DNA of 32,000 bases. Origin: Propionibacterium freudenreichii subsp. freudenreichii (lineage in GTDB: Bacteria > Actinomycetota > Actinomycetes > Propionibacteriales > Propionibacteriaceae). The stretch spans positions 2,580,001-2,612,000 of the forward strand of contig NZ_CP010341.1 in the NCBI RefSeq assembly GCF_000940845.1, read 5' to 3'. Positions within the stretch are counted from its first letter, which is position 1. Every line of letters starts with the position of its first letter. The notes under the pieces were generated by a model. It made no database searches, was not told where the DNA came from, and was given only the letters and a program-made list of their open reading frames with translations. The translations under genes were made by a program, and so were the position numbers. This document shows, piece after piece, positions 15,699 to 24,056 of the stretch.

Positions 15699-17678
15699 AT
15701 GACTCGTCCATTCGATCCAGGAGCCCTGTCCATGTCATTGACCGCCACCGCGCCAACCGTGAAAGATCCGGTTGACCGGGTGCCACCCATACCCAAACTC
15801 ACGATTCTCGGCCTGCAGCATGTGCTGGCCTTCTATGCCGGGGCGGTGATCGTTCCGCTGGTGATCGCCCAGGGCCTGGGGCTTGATTCGGCCACCACGA
15901 TTCACCTCATCAACGCCGACCTGTTCACCTGCGGCATCGCCTCCATCATCCAGTCGGCAGGACTGGGACCGAAGATCGGGGTGCGTATGCCCCTGCTGCA
16001 GGGCGTCACCTTCACCGCCGTGAGTCCATTGATCGCGATCGGGTTGGCGGGTGGCGGTGGGGTCGGCGGCCTGGCCACCATGTACGGATCGATCATCGTG
16101 GCCGGATTAGCCACCTTCTTCGTGGCACCCTTCTTCGCGAAGTTGCTGCGCTTCTTCCCGCCCGTGGTCACCGGCACCCTGCTGACCATCATGGGCACCA
16201 CGCTGCTGTCGGTGGCCGCCAACGACATCGTCTCGTGGGGCACCGCAGCCGCCAAGGCCGGCGGCAGCCCGGTCTCGGGCACCATGCGAGGGCTCATCTA
16301 CGCACTGGGCACGCTGGCCGTGATCGTGCTGGTGCAGTGGTTGTTCAAGGGCTTCATGGCCACCATCTCGGTGCTCATCGGCCTGGTCGCCGGCACCATC
16401 GTGGCCGTCTTCCTGGGCGACGCCGACTTCTCGGGCGTCGGCCAGGCCGCCGCGTTCGGCGTCACCACCCCCTTCTTCTTCGGCATGCCGAAGTTCTCGG
16501 TGGGCGCCATCATCTCGATGCTCATCGTGATGGCGATCACCGCCGTGGAGACCACCGGCGACGTCTTCGCCACCGGTGAGGTGGTGGGCAAGCGCATCAC
16601 CTCGAAGCACGTGGCCAATGCACTGCGGGCCGACGGCCTGGCCACCACCCTGGGCGGCGTGCTCAACTCGTTCCCCTACACCTGCTTCGCCCAGAACGTC
16701 GGCCTGGTGCGGCTCACCCGCGTGAAGTCGCGCTGGGTGGTCACGATGGCCGGCGCCATCATGATCGTGCTCGGCATCCTGCCCAAGGCAGGCGCCATCG
16801 TCGACGCGATCCCCACCCCGGTGATCGGCGGCGCGTCGCTGGCCATGTTCGCCTCGGTGGCCGTGGTCGGCATCCAGACCCTCGGCAAGGCCGACATGCA
16901 CGACAACCGCAATGCGGTGATCGTGTCCACCTCGATCGGACTGGCCCTGCTGGTGACCCTCAAGCCCGACCTGGCCGGCATGGTGCCCAGCTGGCTGTCG
17001 ATCTTCTTCGGCTCCGGCGTCACCTTCGGCTCGATCGTGGCGATCGTGCTCAACATCGCCTTCTTCCACATCGGCCCGCATCGCAGCCCCGACGTCGCCC
17101 GCTCGAAGAAGGGCCGCAATGTGAGCCTCGACCAGGTGAACCGGATGGGCAAGGACGAATTCGTCGACACCTTCGGTGAGCTGTTCAGCGGCACCACCTG
17201 GCCGGTGGAGAGCGCCTGGGAGCTGCGTCCGTTCAACTCCACCACCGAACTGCGCCAGGCCTTCGAGGACTCGGTGCTGACCGCCGAGCCGTCATGCCAG
17301 AAGGACCTGGTGCGCGGCTACTTCGACATTGCCGACCTGGTGAGCGACGAGAACGGCGACCTGCAGGCCCAGATCGACACCGGCTCGGTGGCGCTTGACC
17401 GCATGGACGATGTGCAGCGCCAGGAGGTGCGCGCCGCGTCGCACGCCTACCGCGACCGTTTCGACATGCCGATGGTGATCGCGGTGGAGAACCTGGCCAG
17501 CCGCGAACAGCTCGTGAAGGACGCCTGGCGTCGCGTCGAGCACTCGCCCGAGCTGGAGCGCCGCATCGCGGTGGCCCAGGTGGTGGCAATCGCCGACAAC
17601 CGCTTCACCAAGCTGGTGGCCGACGCCAACCCGATCCGCAATGCCTGGAGCCGCAAGTTCGAGCAGCTGGACGAATAG
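15699..17678 (+). CDS. NCS2/NAT-family purine (xanthine/urate-type) permease fused to a C-terminal OHCU-decarboxylase-like domain
   Basis: ATG at 15699. 'LGLQHVLAFYAGAVIVP' is an NAT N-terminal motif, and the NAT signature 'QNVGLVRLTR' is at 16692-16721. There are about 12-14 hydrophobic segments up to ~17090. The C-terminal ~185 aa (from ~17121) read 'LDQVNRMGKDEFVDTFGELF...WPVESAWELRPFNSTTELRQAF...YRDRFDMPMVIAVEN...RRVEHSPELERRIAVAQVVAIADNRFTKL', which follows the OHCU decarboxylase (UraD) pattern as I recall it. Confidence 0.85.
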   Translation: MTRPFDPGALSMSLTATAPTVKDPVDRVPPIPKLTILGLQHVLAFYAGAVIVPLVIAQGLGLDSATTIHLINADLFTCGIASIIQSAGLGPKIGVRMPLLQGVTFTAVSPLIAIGLAGGGGVGGLATMYGSIIVAGLATFFVAPFFAKLLRFFPPVVTGTLLTIMGTTLLSVAANDIVSWGTAAAKAGGSPVSGTMRGLIYALGTLAVIVLVQWLFKGFMATISVLIGLVAGTIVAVFLGDADFSGVGQAAAFGVTTPFFFGMPKFSVGAIISMLIVMAITAVETTGDVFATGEVVGKRITSKHVANALRADGLATTLGGVLNSFPYTCFAQNVGLVRLTRVKSRWVVTMAGAIMIVLGILPKAGAIVDAIPTPVIGGASLAMFASVAVVGIQTLGKADMHDNRNAVIVSTSIGLALLVTLKPDLAGMVPSWLSIFFGSGVTFGSIVAIVLNIAFFHIGPHRSPDVARSKKGRNVSLDQVNRMGKDEFVDTFGELFSGTTWPVESAWELRPFNSTTELRQAFEDSVLTAEPSCQKDLVRGYFDIADLVSDENGDLQAQIDTGSVALDRMDDVQRQEVRAASHAYRDRFDMPMVIAVENLASREQLVKDAWRRVEHSPELERRIAVAQVVAIADNRFTKLVADANPIRNAWSRKFEQLDE

Positions 17679-17695
17679 CCCACGCGCAGAGCAGG

Positions 17696-17743
17696 GATAG
17701 GGGCGGATGAGGCACCGAAGACGGTGCCTCATCCGCCCCTATC
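17696..17743. repeat. Interspersed palindromic repeat family 1, copy b (perfect 22-bp stem, 4-nt loop); likely bidirectional terminator
   Basis: GATAGGGGCGGATGAGGCACCG-aaga-CGGTGCCTCATCCGCCCCTATC; the arms are exact reverse complements. It lies between the convergent stops at 17678 (+) and 17777 (-). Confidence 0.85.
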
Positions 17744-17776
17744 GTCGTCCTGGGCAGAGCGCGCGGGTCGAACCGC

Positions 17777-18778
17777 TCAGTTCAGCTCGTCGAGGGACAC
17801 CTGCAACCTGTCGAGCGTCTCGCGGTCGATGAGGTCGGGGGACTGCTGGGCCACCTGTGCGGGGCTGACCAGCAGGGACAGTTCGCCGTCCTGCACGGCC
17901 AGGGTCAGGGCCGGGGCGGCGGCGGCCATCACGTGCACGGCTCGCTCGTCGGCCACCAGGTTGCGCAACGGCATGTGCACCCCGAGGCGGCGTCGCAGCA
18001 GCAGGGTGTCGTAGCCGGGCTGGCTGCCGGCCAGTTCGACGTCCACGAACACCGTGTGCAGGAAGCGCACCGAATCGGCGAACCATTCGGCGGCGCCGGG
18101 CTCCACATTGTGGGCCTGTCCGCCCGAGCTGGCAGGCCTGGCCAGCGACAGCCCGTGGCCGCCCAACAGGTAGACGTGCGACTCGAAGGGCACCAGGTGT
18201 GAGTCGAGCTCGGCGATGAGGTCGAGGGTGTTGCGCACCGGCACCATCGGGTCGCCGCAGGTGGCGAAGACGAAGATCGGCGGGGTGTCGGGCGTGATGG
18301 CGCCCACCAGGTCGGGGATGCGCTGGCCCAGCGGACGCCCCATCTGCGCCATCGTCACCGGGTAGCCGAGCACCAGCGCATCGGGGGCCTCCTCGGCAAT
18401 CGTGCCCAGCGCGAGCGCCAGGTGGCCGCCGGCCGAGAAGCCCGCACAGGCGATGCGGTGCGGGTTGATGCCGAACTCCTCGGCACCCGAGCGGATGCGC
18501 AGCAGGGCGGCGGTGGCGTCGGCAAGGCTCGCCTCGAAGGGGACGTCGGCACCCACCGCATAGCGCAGCACGAACGCATTGAAGCCCTCCGCCAGGTAGG
18601 CGGTGGCCACCGGCTCGGCCTCTCGTTCGGCGATCTCGAGATAGGCGCCGCCGGGCAGCACGAGCACCGCGGGGCGTGGCGGCATCGTCGGGTCCACCGC
18701 ATGGGTGGTGGGGGCGTCGTCGAGGAGGTAACTGGTGAGGGTCGCGGTGTCGCTGAGGCTCTCGGTGGTCACGCGCAT
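17777..18778 (-). CDS. Alpha/beta hydrolase (esterase/lipase-type) with an extra ~90-aa C-terminal extension
   Basis: 'VLVLPGGAY', the nucleophile elbow 'GFSAGGHLA' (GxSxG) and 'HVYLLGGHGL' are present. A good Shine-Dalgarno sequence (AAGGAG) lies 5 nt upstream of ATG 18778. Confidence 0.8.
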   Translation of the reverse strand: MRVTTESLSDTATLTSYLLDDAPTTHAVDPTMPPRPAVLVLPGGAYLEIAEREAEPVATAYLAEGFNAFVLRYAVGADVPFEASLADATAALLRIRSGAEEFGINPHRIACAGFSAGGHLALALGTIAEEAPDALVLGYPVTMAQMGRPLGQRIPDLVGAITPDTPPIFVFATCGDPMVPVRNTLDLIAELDSHLVPFESHVYLLGGHGLSLARPASSGGQAHNVEPGAAEWFADSVRFLHTVFVDVELAGSQPGYDTLLLRRRLGVHMPLRNLVADERAVHVMAAAAPALTLAVQDGELSLLVSPAQVAQQSPDLIDRETLDRLQVSLDELN

Positions 18779-19255
18779 TTTCGCTCCTTGTTCAACAGCC
18801 GGGGGTTCGTCGTACCCGTCATTCTCACAACCGGTGATCCTGCGGGGGCCCGTGGTGGTGAATGCGCTTGCCAGCGTTCATCCCTCCGGTGCGCGCCCCC
18901 GGCCCGACGGCGGGCGGATCAGCAGCCCACCGGCAGAACTTTACCGGGATTTCGCCGCCAGCAGAGCTGGCGGATCACCGCTGTGTGAGCGTCGCAGGAG
19001 GTTCCGCGGCGGAGGTCCATGCCACGAGTGCAACCCCACCGTGCGCCCTTCGCGGACGATGGACAGCTGCTCGTCGAAACCTACGTTCGCGTAACTTGGA
19101 TGTCGGGACCGCCACCTGTGGCGACCACCCCGATGATGACGACAACACGACGCAAACCAGGCCATGCTGCCCGCCCGGCCCGCCGCGACCCAGCGGGCCG
19201 GGCGGGCGATGAGCGCCGGGACGCCTCCCGGCAGCGGCTGGCCAAGGAGATCCCC

Positions 19256-20923
19256 ATGAACGAAAGCCTCGACGCACTGCAACCCACCATGTTCCGCGAG
19301 GTGTTCGAGCACCACTTCACCTGGGCGTCCGGATTCGAGCGCAATATCCACCGCTATGCCGATCGCCCTGCCATGACCGACCTGCCCAGCGGGCGCCACT
19401 GGACCTACGCCGAGCTGGGACGCGACACCGGCCGGCTGGTCGCGGGGCTCGCGGCGCGCGGCGTCGGCAAGGGCGACCTGGTGGCCTACCAGCTGTACAA
19501 CTGCCCCGAGTTCGCGATGCTCTACATTGCCGCCCAGGGCCTGCGCGCGGTGAGCTCGCCGTCCAACTTCCGGTTGGCGGCCGGCGAGCTCGCCCACGTG
19601 TTCGACCAGACCCGGCCCAAGGTGTTCGTCTACGACGTGAGGCTGGCCGATCAGGTGGCCCACGCGCTGGAACTGGCCGACTTCAACCCGCAGACGTTGG
19701 CCGGCGTCGGCTCCGGTGAGCTGCTGCCCGGCGCGATCCGCTTCGACGAACTGCTCGCTGACGAGGCGCCCAGCTTCCACGCCCCCGACGACGCGTCCAC
19801 CTGGGACTGGACCAGCCTGTTGTTCACCTCGGGCACCACCGGCATGCCGAAGCCGGTGCCGCTGACCAGCCTCAACGAAGTGCTCACCGCCCACGACGTG
19901 ATCATGCACTTCCCGCTGAATGCCCACGAATCGACGCTCAATATGTCACCGTGGTTCCACCGCGGCGGCAACTACTGCGCCGGACCCAACACGATGTTCT
20001 ACCTGGGCGGCGAGGTGGTGATCATGCCGAAGTTCGACGCGGACGCGGTGCTCGACACCATCGCCGAGCGCGGACTCGCCTATGTGGTCGGCGCCCCCAC
20101 GAACCTCGAGCGACTGGCCGACGCCCAGGAACGCAGGCCGCGCGACCTCAGCTCGCTGTCGGGCATCGTCACCATGGGCGCCCCACTGGAGAGGGCCGCC
20201 GCCCTGCGCTACCAGCGCGTGCTCAGCCCCCGCATCGCCAACGGGTACGGCACCACCGAGGGCTTCTGGAACACCTACCTGCGTCCCTACGACCTGCCGG
20301 AGGGCTCCGGCACCGCCGGGCATGCCTGCCTCGACGACGATGTGGCGGTGGTCAGGCTGTTCGACGACCGCACCGCCGCCCCCGATGAGTTGGCCGCCAA
20401 GGACAACAAGGAGGTGGGTGAGGTGGTGATGCGCACTCCGAAGGCCGGTTACACGTACCTCGGTCACGACGCCGAAGCGGCTGAGAAGTTCCGCGACGGC
20501 TGGATCTATCCCGGCGACCTGGCCACCTGGGACGAGACCGAGACACTGACCATCGTCGGACGCAAGGACGACATGGTGATCTCGGGCGGCGAGAACGTGC
20601 ATCCCGTGCAGGTGGAGGAGATCCTGGACGCCGACGATCAGGTGGTCGACAGCCTGGTCACGGGCCTGCCCGACAAGGAATGGGGCCAGGTCGTGGTGGC
20701 CTATGTGGTGCCCGAGCCCGGTGCCTTCACCGACCACCAGCAGGCCGCGCGCCACCTCGACCGGCTGTGCCGTGACGCCGCCACCCTGGCCAACTACAAG
20801 CGTCCGCGCCTGTATGCCTTCGTTGACGCATTGCCGATGACCGCCACTGGCAAGAAGCAGCACTACAAGCTGCACGAGCGCACCACCGCCGACGCCGCGA
20901 AGGGATTGTTCGTGCGCCCATAG
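19256..20923 (+). CDS. AMP-dependent synthetase/ligase (acyl-CoA synthetase family)
   Basis: ATG at 19256 is preceded by AAGGAGA. The AMP-binding motif 'LLFTSGTTGMPKPV' is present, along with 'NGYGTTE', 'YPGDLATWDE...LTIVGRKDDMVISGGENV' and a terminal 'TATGKKQ'. The upstream part of the ORF-track call (19019-19255) is R/P-rich and unlikely to be coding. Confidence 0.9.
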   Translation: MNESLDALQPTMFREVFEHHFTWASGFERNIHRYADRPAMTDLPSGRHWTYAELGRDTGRLVAGLAARGVGKGDLVAYQLYNCPEFAMLYIAAQGLRAVSSPSNFRLAAGELAHVFDQTRPKVFVYDVRLADQVAHALELADFNPQTLAGVGSGELLPGAIRFDELLADEAPSFHAPDDASTWDWTSLLFTSGTTGMPKPVPLTSLNEVLTAHDVIMHFPLNAHESTLNMSPWFHRGGNYCAGPNTMFYLGGEVVIMPKFDADAVLDTIAERGLAYVVGAPTNLERLADAQERRPRDLSSLSGIVTMGAPLERAAALRYQRVLSPRIANGYGTTEGFWNTYLRPYDLPEGSGTAGHACLDDDVAVVRLFDDRTAAPDELAAKDNKEVGEVVMRTPKAGYTYLGHDAEAAEKFRDGWIYPGDLATWDETETLTIVGRKDDMVISGGENVHPVQVEEILDADDQVVDSLVTGLPDKEWGQVVVAYVVPEPGAFTDHQQAARHLDRLCRDAATLANYKRPRLYAFVDALPMTATGKKQHYKLHERTTADAAKGLFVRP

Positions 20924-20973
20924 CCCTCGCCGGCGTGAAACTGGTGGCACCCACCACCACTCGGGCAATAAAG

Positions 20974-21014
20974 CAGTCCCGCCCACCGATCACGTGGATC
21001 GGCCGGCGGGACTG
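20974..21014. terminator. Nested hairpin between convergent genes (putative bidirectional terminator)
   Basis: CAGTCCCGCC (20974-20983) pairs with GGCGGGACTG (21005-21014). An inner stem CCGATC / GATCGG surrounds ACGTG. It lies between the stops at 20923 (+) and 21064 (-). Confidence 0.5.
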
Positions 21015-21063
21015 TTGTGTCACATCAGCTCAGGCCATCGCGGGCACATGCCCTTGGGCGTGC

Positions 21064-22512
21064 TCAGATGCGTCCGGCGATATCGGCACCCACTTCGGCG
21101 TCGATCTTCGTCCAGTATTCGACGATGCGGCTGCGCACCGGCTCCACCACATCGGTATTCACGATCTGGTCGACGATCGTATTCACCAATTGGGCCCGGT
21201 CCTCCTCGCTGAACACATCGCGCACCAGCGCATGGGCCTGGCCGAAGTCGTCGTCCGACGAATGCAGCGTGGCCGAGGCACGCACCAGGTCGCCATCGGA
21301 CTCCCACGAGTCCTCGGCCCGGCCGCCACCCTCGGCCCACGGACGTCCCGCCGAGTTGGGCGCATAGACCGGCGCTGCCCCCGAATGGTCGAAGCGCATG
21401 TGGCCGTCGAAGGTGTACGCGTTGGTCGGGATGACCGGGCGGTTCACCGGCAGCTGCTCGAAGTTCGCCCCGATGCGGTTGCGCGCCGCATCGTTGTAGG
21501 CGAACACGCGGCCCATGAGCATCTTGTCGGGCGAGATGCCGGTGCCCGGCACGTAGTTCGACGGTGAGAAGGCGGCCTGCTCGATCTCGGCGAAGAAGTT
21601 GTCGGGATTGCGGTCGAGCGTGAACCGACCCACATCGATCAGCGGGTAGTCGCCGTGCGGCCACACCTTCGTGAGGTCGAACGGATTGAACCGGTACTCG
21701 CGGGCATCGTCGTAGGGCATCACCTGCACCTTGACGTCCCAGCTGGGGAAATCACCATCGGCGATGGCGTCGAACAGGTCCTGACGATGGAAGTCGGCAT
21801 TATCGCCGGCGATCTCAGCAGCCTCCGCAGCCGTCATGTTCCGCACGCCCTGCGCGCTGATGAAGTGGTACTTCACCCAGAACAATTCGCCGCCAGCATT
21901 GATCCATGAATAGGTATGCGACGAATAGCCGTTCATTTCACGCCAGGTGGCCGGAAGGCCACGCGGCCCCATCAGATATGCCACCTGGTGGGCAGATTCG
22001 GGCGACAGCGTCCAGAAGTCCCACTGCATATTGGGGCTGCGCAGGCCAGAATCAGGAAGCCGCTTCTGCGACCGAATGAAATGCGGGAACTTCATCGGAT
22101 CGCGCATGAAGAACACCGGCGTGTTGTTGCCGACCATGTCGAAGTTTCCCTGCTGGGTGTAGAACTTCAACGCGAAGCCGCGCACATCGCGCCAGGTGTC
22201 GGGCGATCCCTGCTCGCCGGCCACGGTGCTGAACCGGGCCAGCATCGGGGTGCTGCGGCCCGGCTGCAGGAAGTCGGCCTTCGTATAGGCGGTGACGTCG
22301 CCGGTGACGGTGAAGGTGCCGAAGGCGCCGGAGCCCTTTGCATGGGGGCTGCGCTCGGGCACGCGTTCACGGTTGAAATGGGCCAGGGTCTCAACCAGAT
22401 GCACATCATGCAGTGCAATGGGGCCGTCCGCACCGACAGTGAGCGAGTGCTCCTCGCTCGCCGCCGGGGCACCGTTCTCCTGGGTGGGGCTGGCTTTCGG
22501 ATCGATAGGCAT
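21064..22512 (-). CDS. katA: Monofunctional heme catalase (small-subunit type)
   Basis: '[22 protein letters not shown]' is the distal His region and '[15 protein letters not shown]' the proximal Tyr region. The protein is 482 aa. The Shine-Dalgarno sequence GGAGAC precedes ATG 22512. Confidence 0.95.
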   Translation of the reverse strand: MPIDPKASPTQENGAPAASEEHSLTVGADGPIALHDVHLVETLAHFNRERVPERSPHAKGSGAFGTFTVTGDVTAYTKADFLQPGRSTPMLARFSTVAGEQGSPDTWRDVRGFALKFYTQQGNFDMVGNNTPVFFMRDPMKFPHFIRSQKRLPDSGLRSPNMQWDFWTLSPESAHQVAYLMGPRGLPATWREMNGYSSHTYSWINAGGELFWVKYHFISAQGVRNMTAAEAAEIAGDNADFHRQDLFDAIADGDFPSWDVKVQVMPYDDAREYRFNPFDLTKVWPHGDYPLIDVGRFTLDRNPDNFFAEIEQAAFSPSNYVPGTGISPDKMLMGRVFAYNDAARNRIGANFEQLPVNRPVIPTNAYTFDGHMRFDHSGAAPVYAPNSAGRPWAEGGGRAEDSWESDGDLVRASATLHSSDDDFGQAHALVRDVFSEEDRAQLVNTIVDQIVNTDVVEPVRSRIVEYWTKIDAEVGADIAGRI

Positions 22513-22616
22513 GGGTCTCCTTGCGACTCGGTGCTTCGATGGCTCGTTGCCATTGCCCCCATTCTTGCCGACAGCCTGTCGCGATCAGGTGGTGGGGCCG
22601 AAGAATCGCCGCAGTT

Positions 22617-23534
22617 TCACTCCTCGGATAAATCTGGACGGTAGGGGTCCAGCTGCTCCACCGAGGGCAGGTAGTAGTAGCCGCCGGTCTCAGGATGGCT
22701 GTAGAAGGTGAGCGCGTCGCGCAGGCCGTCGACGCCGGCCATCTGGTCGAGCATCTTCTGCATCACGTCCGAGCCGGCACCGATGCCGACGAACATCGTG
22801 CCGTGGGCGCTGGCGGTACCGAAGGCGGTGTTGCGACGCAGGATGTCACCCAGGTCATCCTGATCGGTGCGGGCAATGTGCGAGCTCGGGGGCTTCGGGT
22901 CAAATTCGGCGTCGGTCTCCTTGGTGCGTCCGATGACCCTTTCCTGGTCGGCCACCGGAAGGGACTCCCAGGCCTGCACGTCATGGGGCCAGCGCTGCAG
23001 CAGCAGCACACTGCCACCTGCGGCGGGGCCGTCGGGCACCTGCACGACGCCCGGCAGCTGCGACAGGTGCGGGTTCTCGGTGCCGTCGACGAAGCCGGTG
23101 AGGTCGCGGTGGTGGTGATAGACCCAACCCTCGGTTTCGTCGGCCAGCGTGGCCCACGTCGACACGGCGTTGATGAGCGTGCGGCTCAGGTCGAACACCG
23201 CGTCCTGCGCGCCGCCCTGCACCCAGATCGCCACATCATGCTGAGTGGCGGGCATCGTGAAGTCATCGAGACCGCGCAGCGGGCGGTTGAAGCCCGCCAG
23301 GCCGGGCAGCACGTGCTCGGGCACCAGCTTGGCCCACATCTCGGGTCGGAAGCCGACCACGGCCATGCTGCCGGCGCCGGTCACCAGGCTCTCATCAAGC
23401 GCGCCGACGACTCCCCTGAGCACCTCAGTTGAGGCGTCCACGGTGAGGTCGAACTCGAGATAGGCGTGATGGGTGGTGCCGAAGGCCAGGATTCCGGGCT
23501 GTGGCGCTCCGATGGGTGCAGATTCAGTGGGCAT
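22617..23534 (-). CDS. Dye-decolorizing (DyP-type) peroxidase, YfeX/EfeB-like
   Basis: 'LTGFVDGTENP' is the GxxDG motif, 'SSHIARTDQ' the proximal His and 'ILRRNTAFG' is also present. The protein is 305 aa with no signal peptide. Confidence 0.85.
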   Translation of the reverse strand: MPTESAPIGAPQPGILAFGTTHHAYLEFDLTVDASTEVLRGVVGALDESLVTGAGSMAVVGFRPEMWAKLVPEHVLPGLAGFNRPLRGLDDFTMPATQHDVAIWVQGGAQDAVFDLSRTLINAVSTWATLADETEGWVYHHHRDLTGFVDGTENPHLSQLPGVVQVPDGPAAGGSVLLLQRWPHDVQAWESLPVADQERVIGRTKETDAEFDPKPPSSHIARTDQDDLGDILRRNTAFGTASAHGTMFVGIGAGSDVMQKMLDQMAGVDGLRDALTFYSHPETGGYYYLPSVEQLDPYRPDLSEE

Positions 23535-24056
23535 GCACCCATCCTAGAAAAGACGCGGCCCCCGCGCTGCGGCGCAAGTCCGTGGAGCGACCACATCGGC
23601 CGGGCGGGCAACGCGACAGCCGGGGCCGGCGAGCACCGTCACCCGTTGTGGGGCGGTGCCACTTGCTGCGGAGGTTCTTTGCGCATCTGGGCTACCTTGC
23701 CGGAACCCATAAGCAGGGGGGTGCTTCTCCACGAGAAATGCCCCTCGCTAGGGTGTTCCCAGGATCACCAACCTGTGCACGCAATCGCCCGCGGACACAT
23801 CCTCGACGATCCCTGAACCCCCGGCATGAAGGTTTGGCTCGACTTTCGCGCCGGGACGATGGTTCTGGGGCGATGACCTGGAAAGTCGATCAGCGTCGAT
23901 CGGCCAAGGGAGGGGCGGGTCTTCACGATCCGCTCCTCCTGCAAGGCCCCTGCGTCAACCGGGCACGGTTTCCCGGCAGCCCACCGCGCGCCGGGACGGG
24001 GCGAACACCGACCCCACCAGCGGTTTTACCGCCCGTAACCCTGTTTTGATGGCAAT

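Noticed and set aside
22617-23534. DyP peroxidase as encapsulin nanocompartment cargo.
   Set aside because: There is no encapsulin shell gene adjacent, since the downstream gene is catalase. The C-terminus ('...VEQLDPYRPDLSEE') lacks a recognisable targeting peptide.
23640-23720. Cobalamin riboswitch, suggested by 'GGTGCCACTTGC', which resembles the GCCACUG B12-box region.
   Set aside because: No AGGGAA/GGUG..AA..CC core or other conserved B12 riboswitch elements are nearby, and the downstream gene (an ABC1 kinase) is not a typical B12-regulated target.
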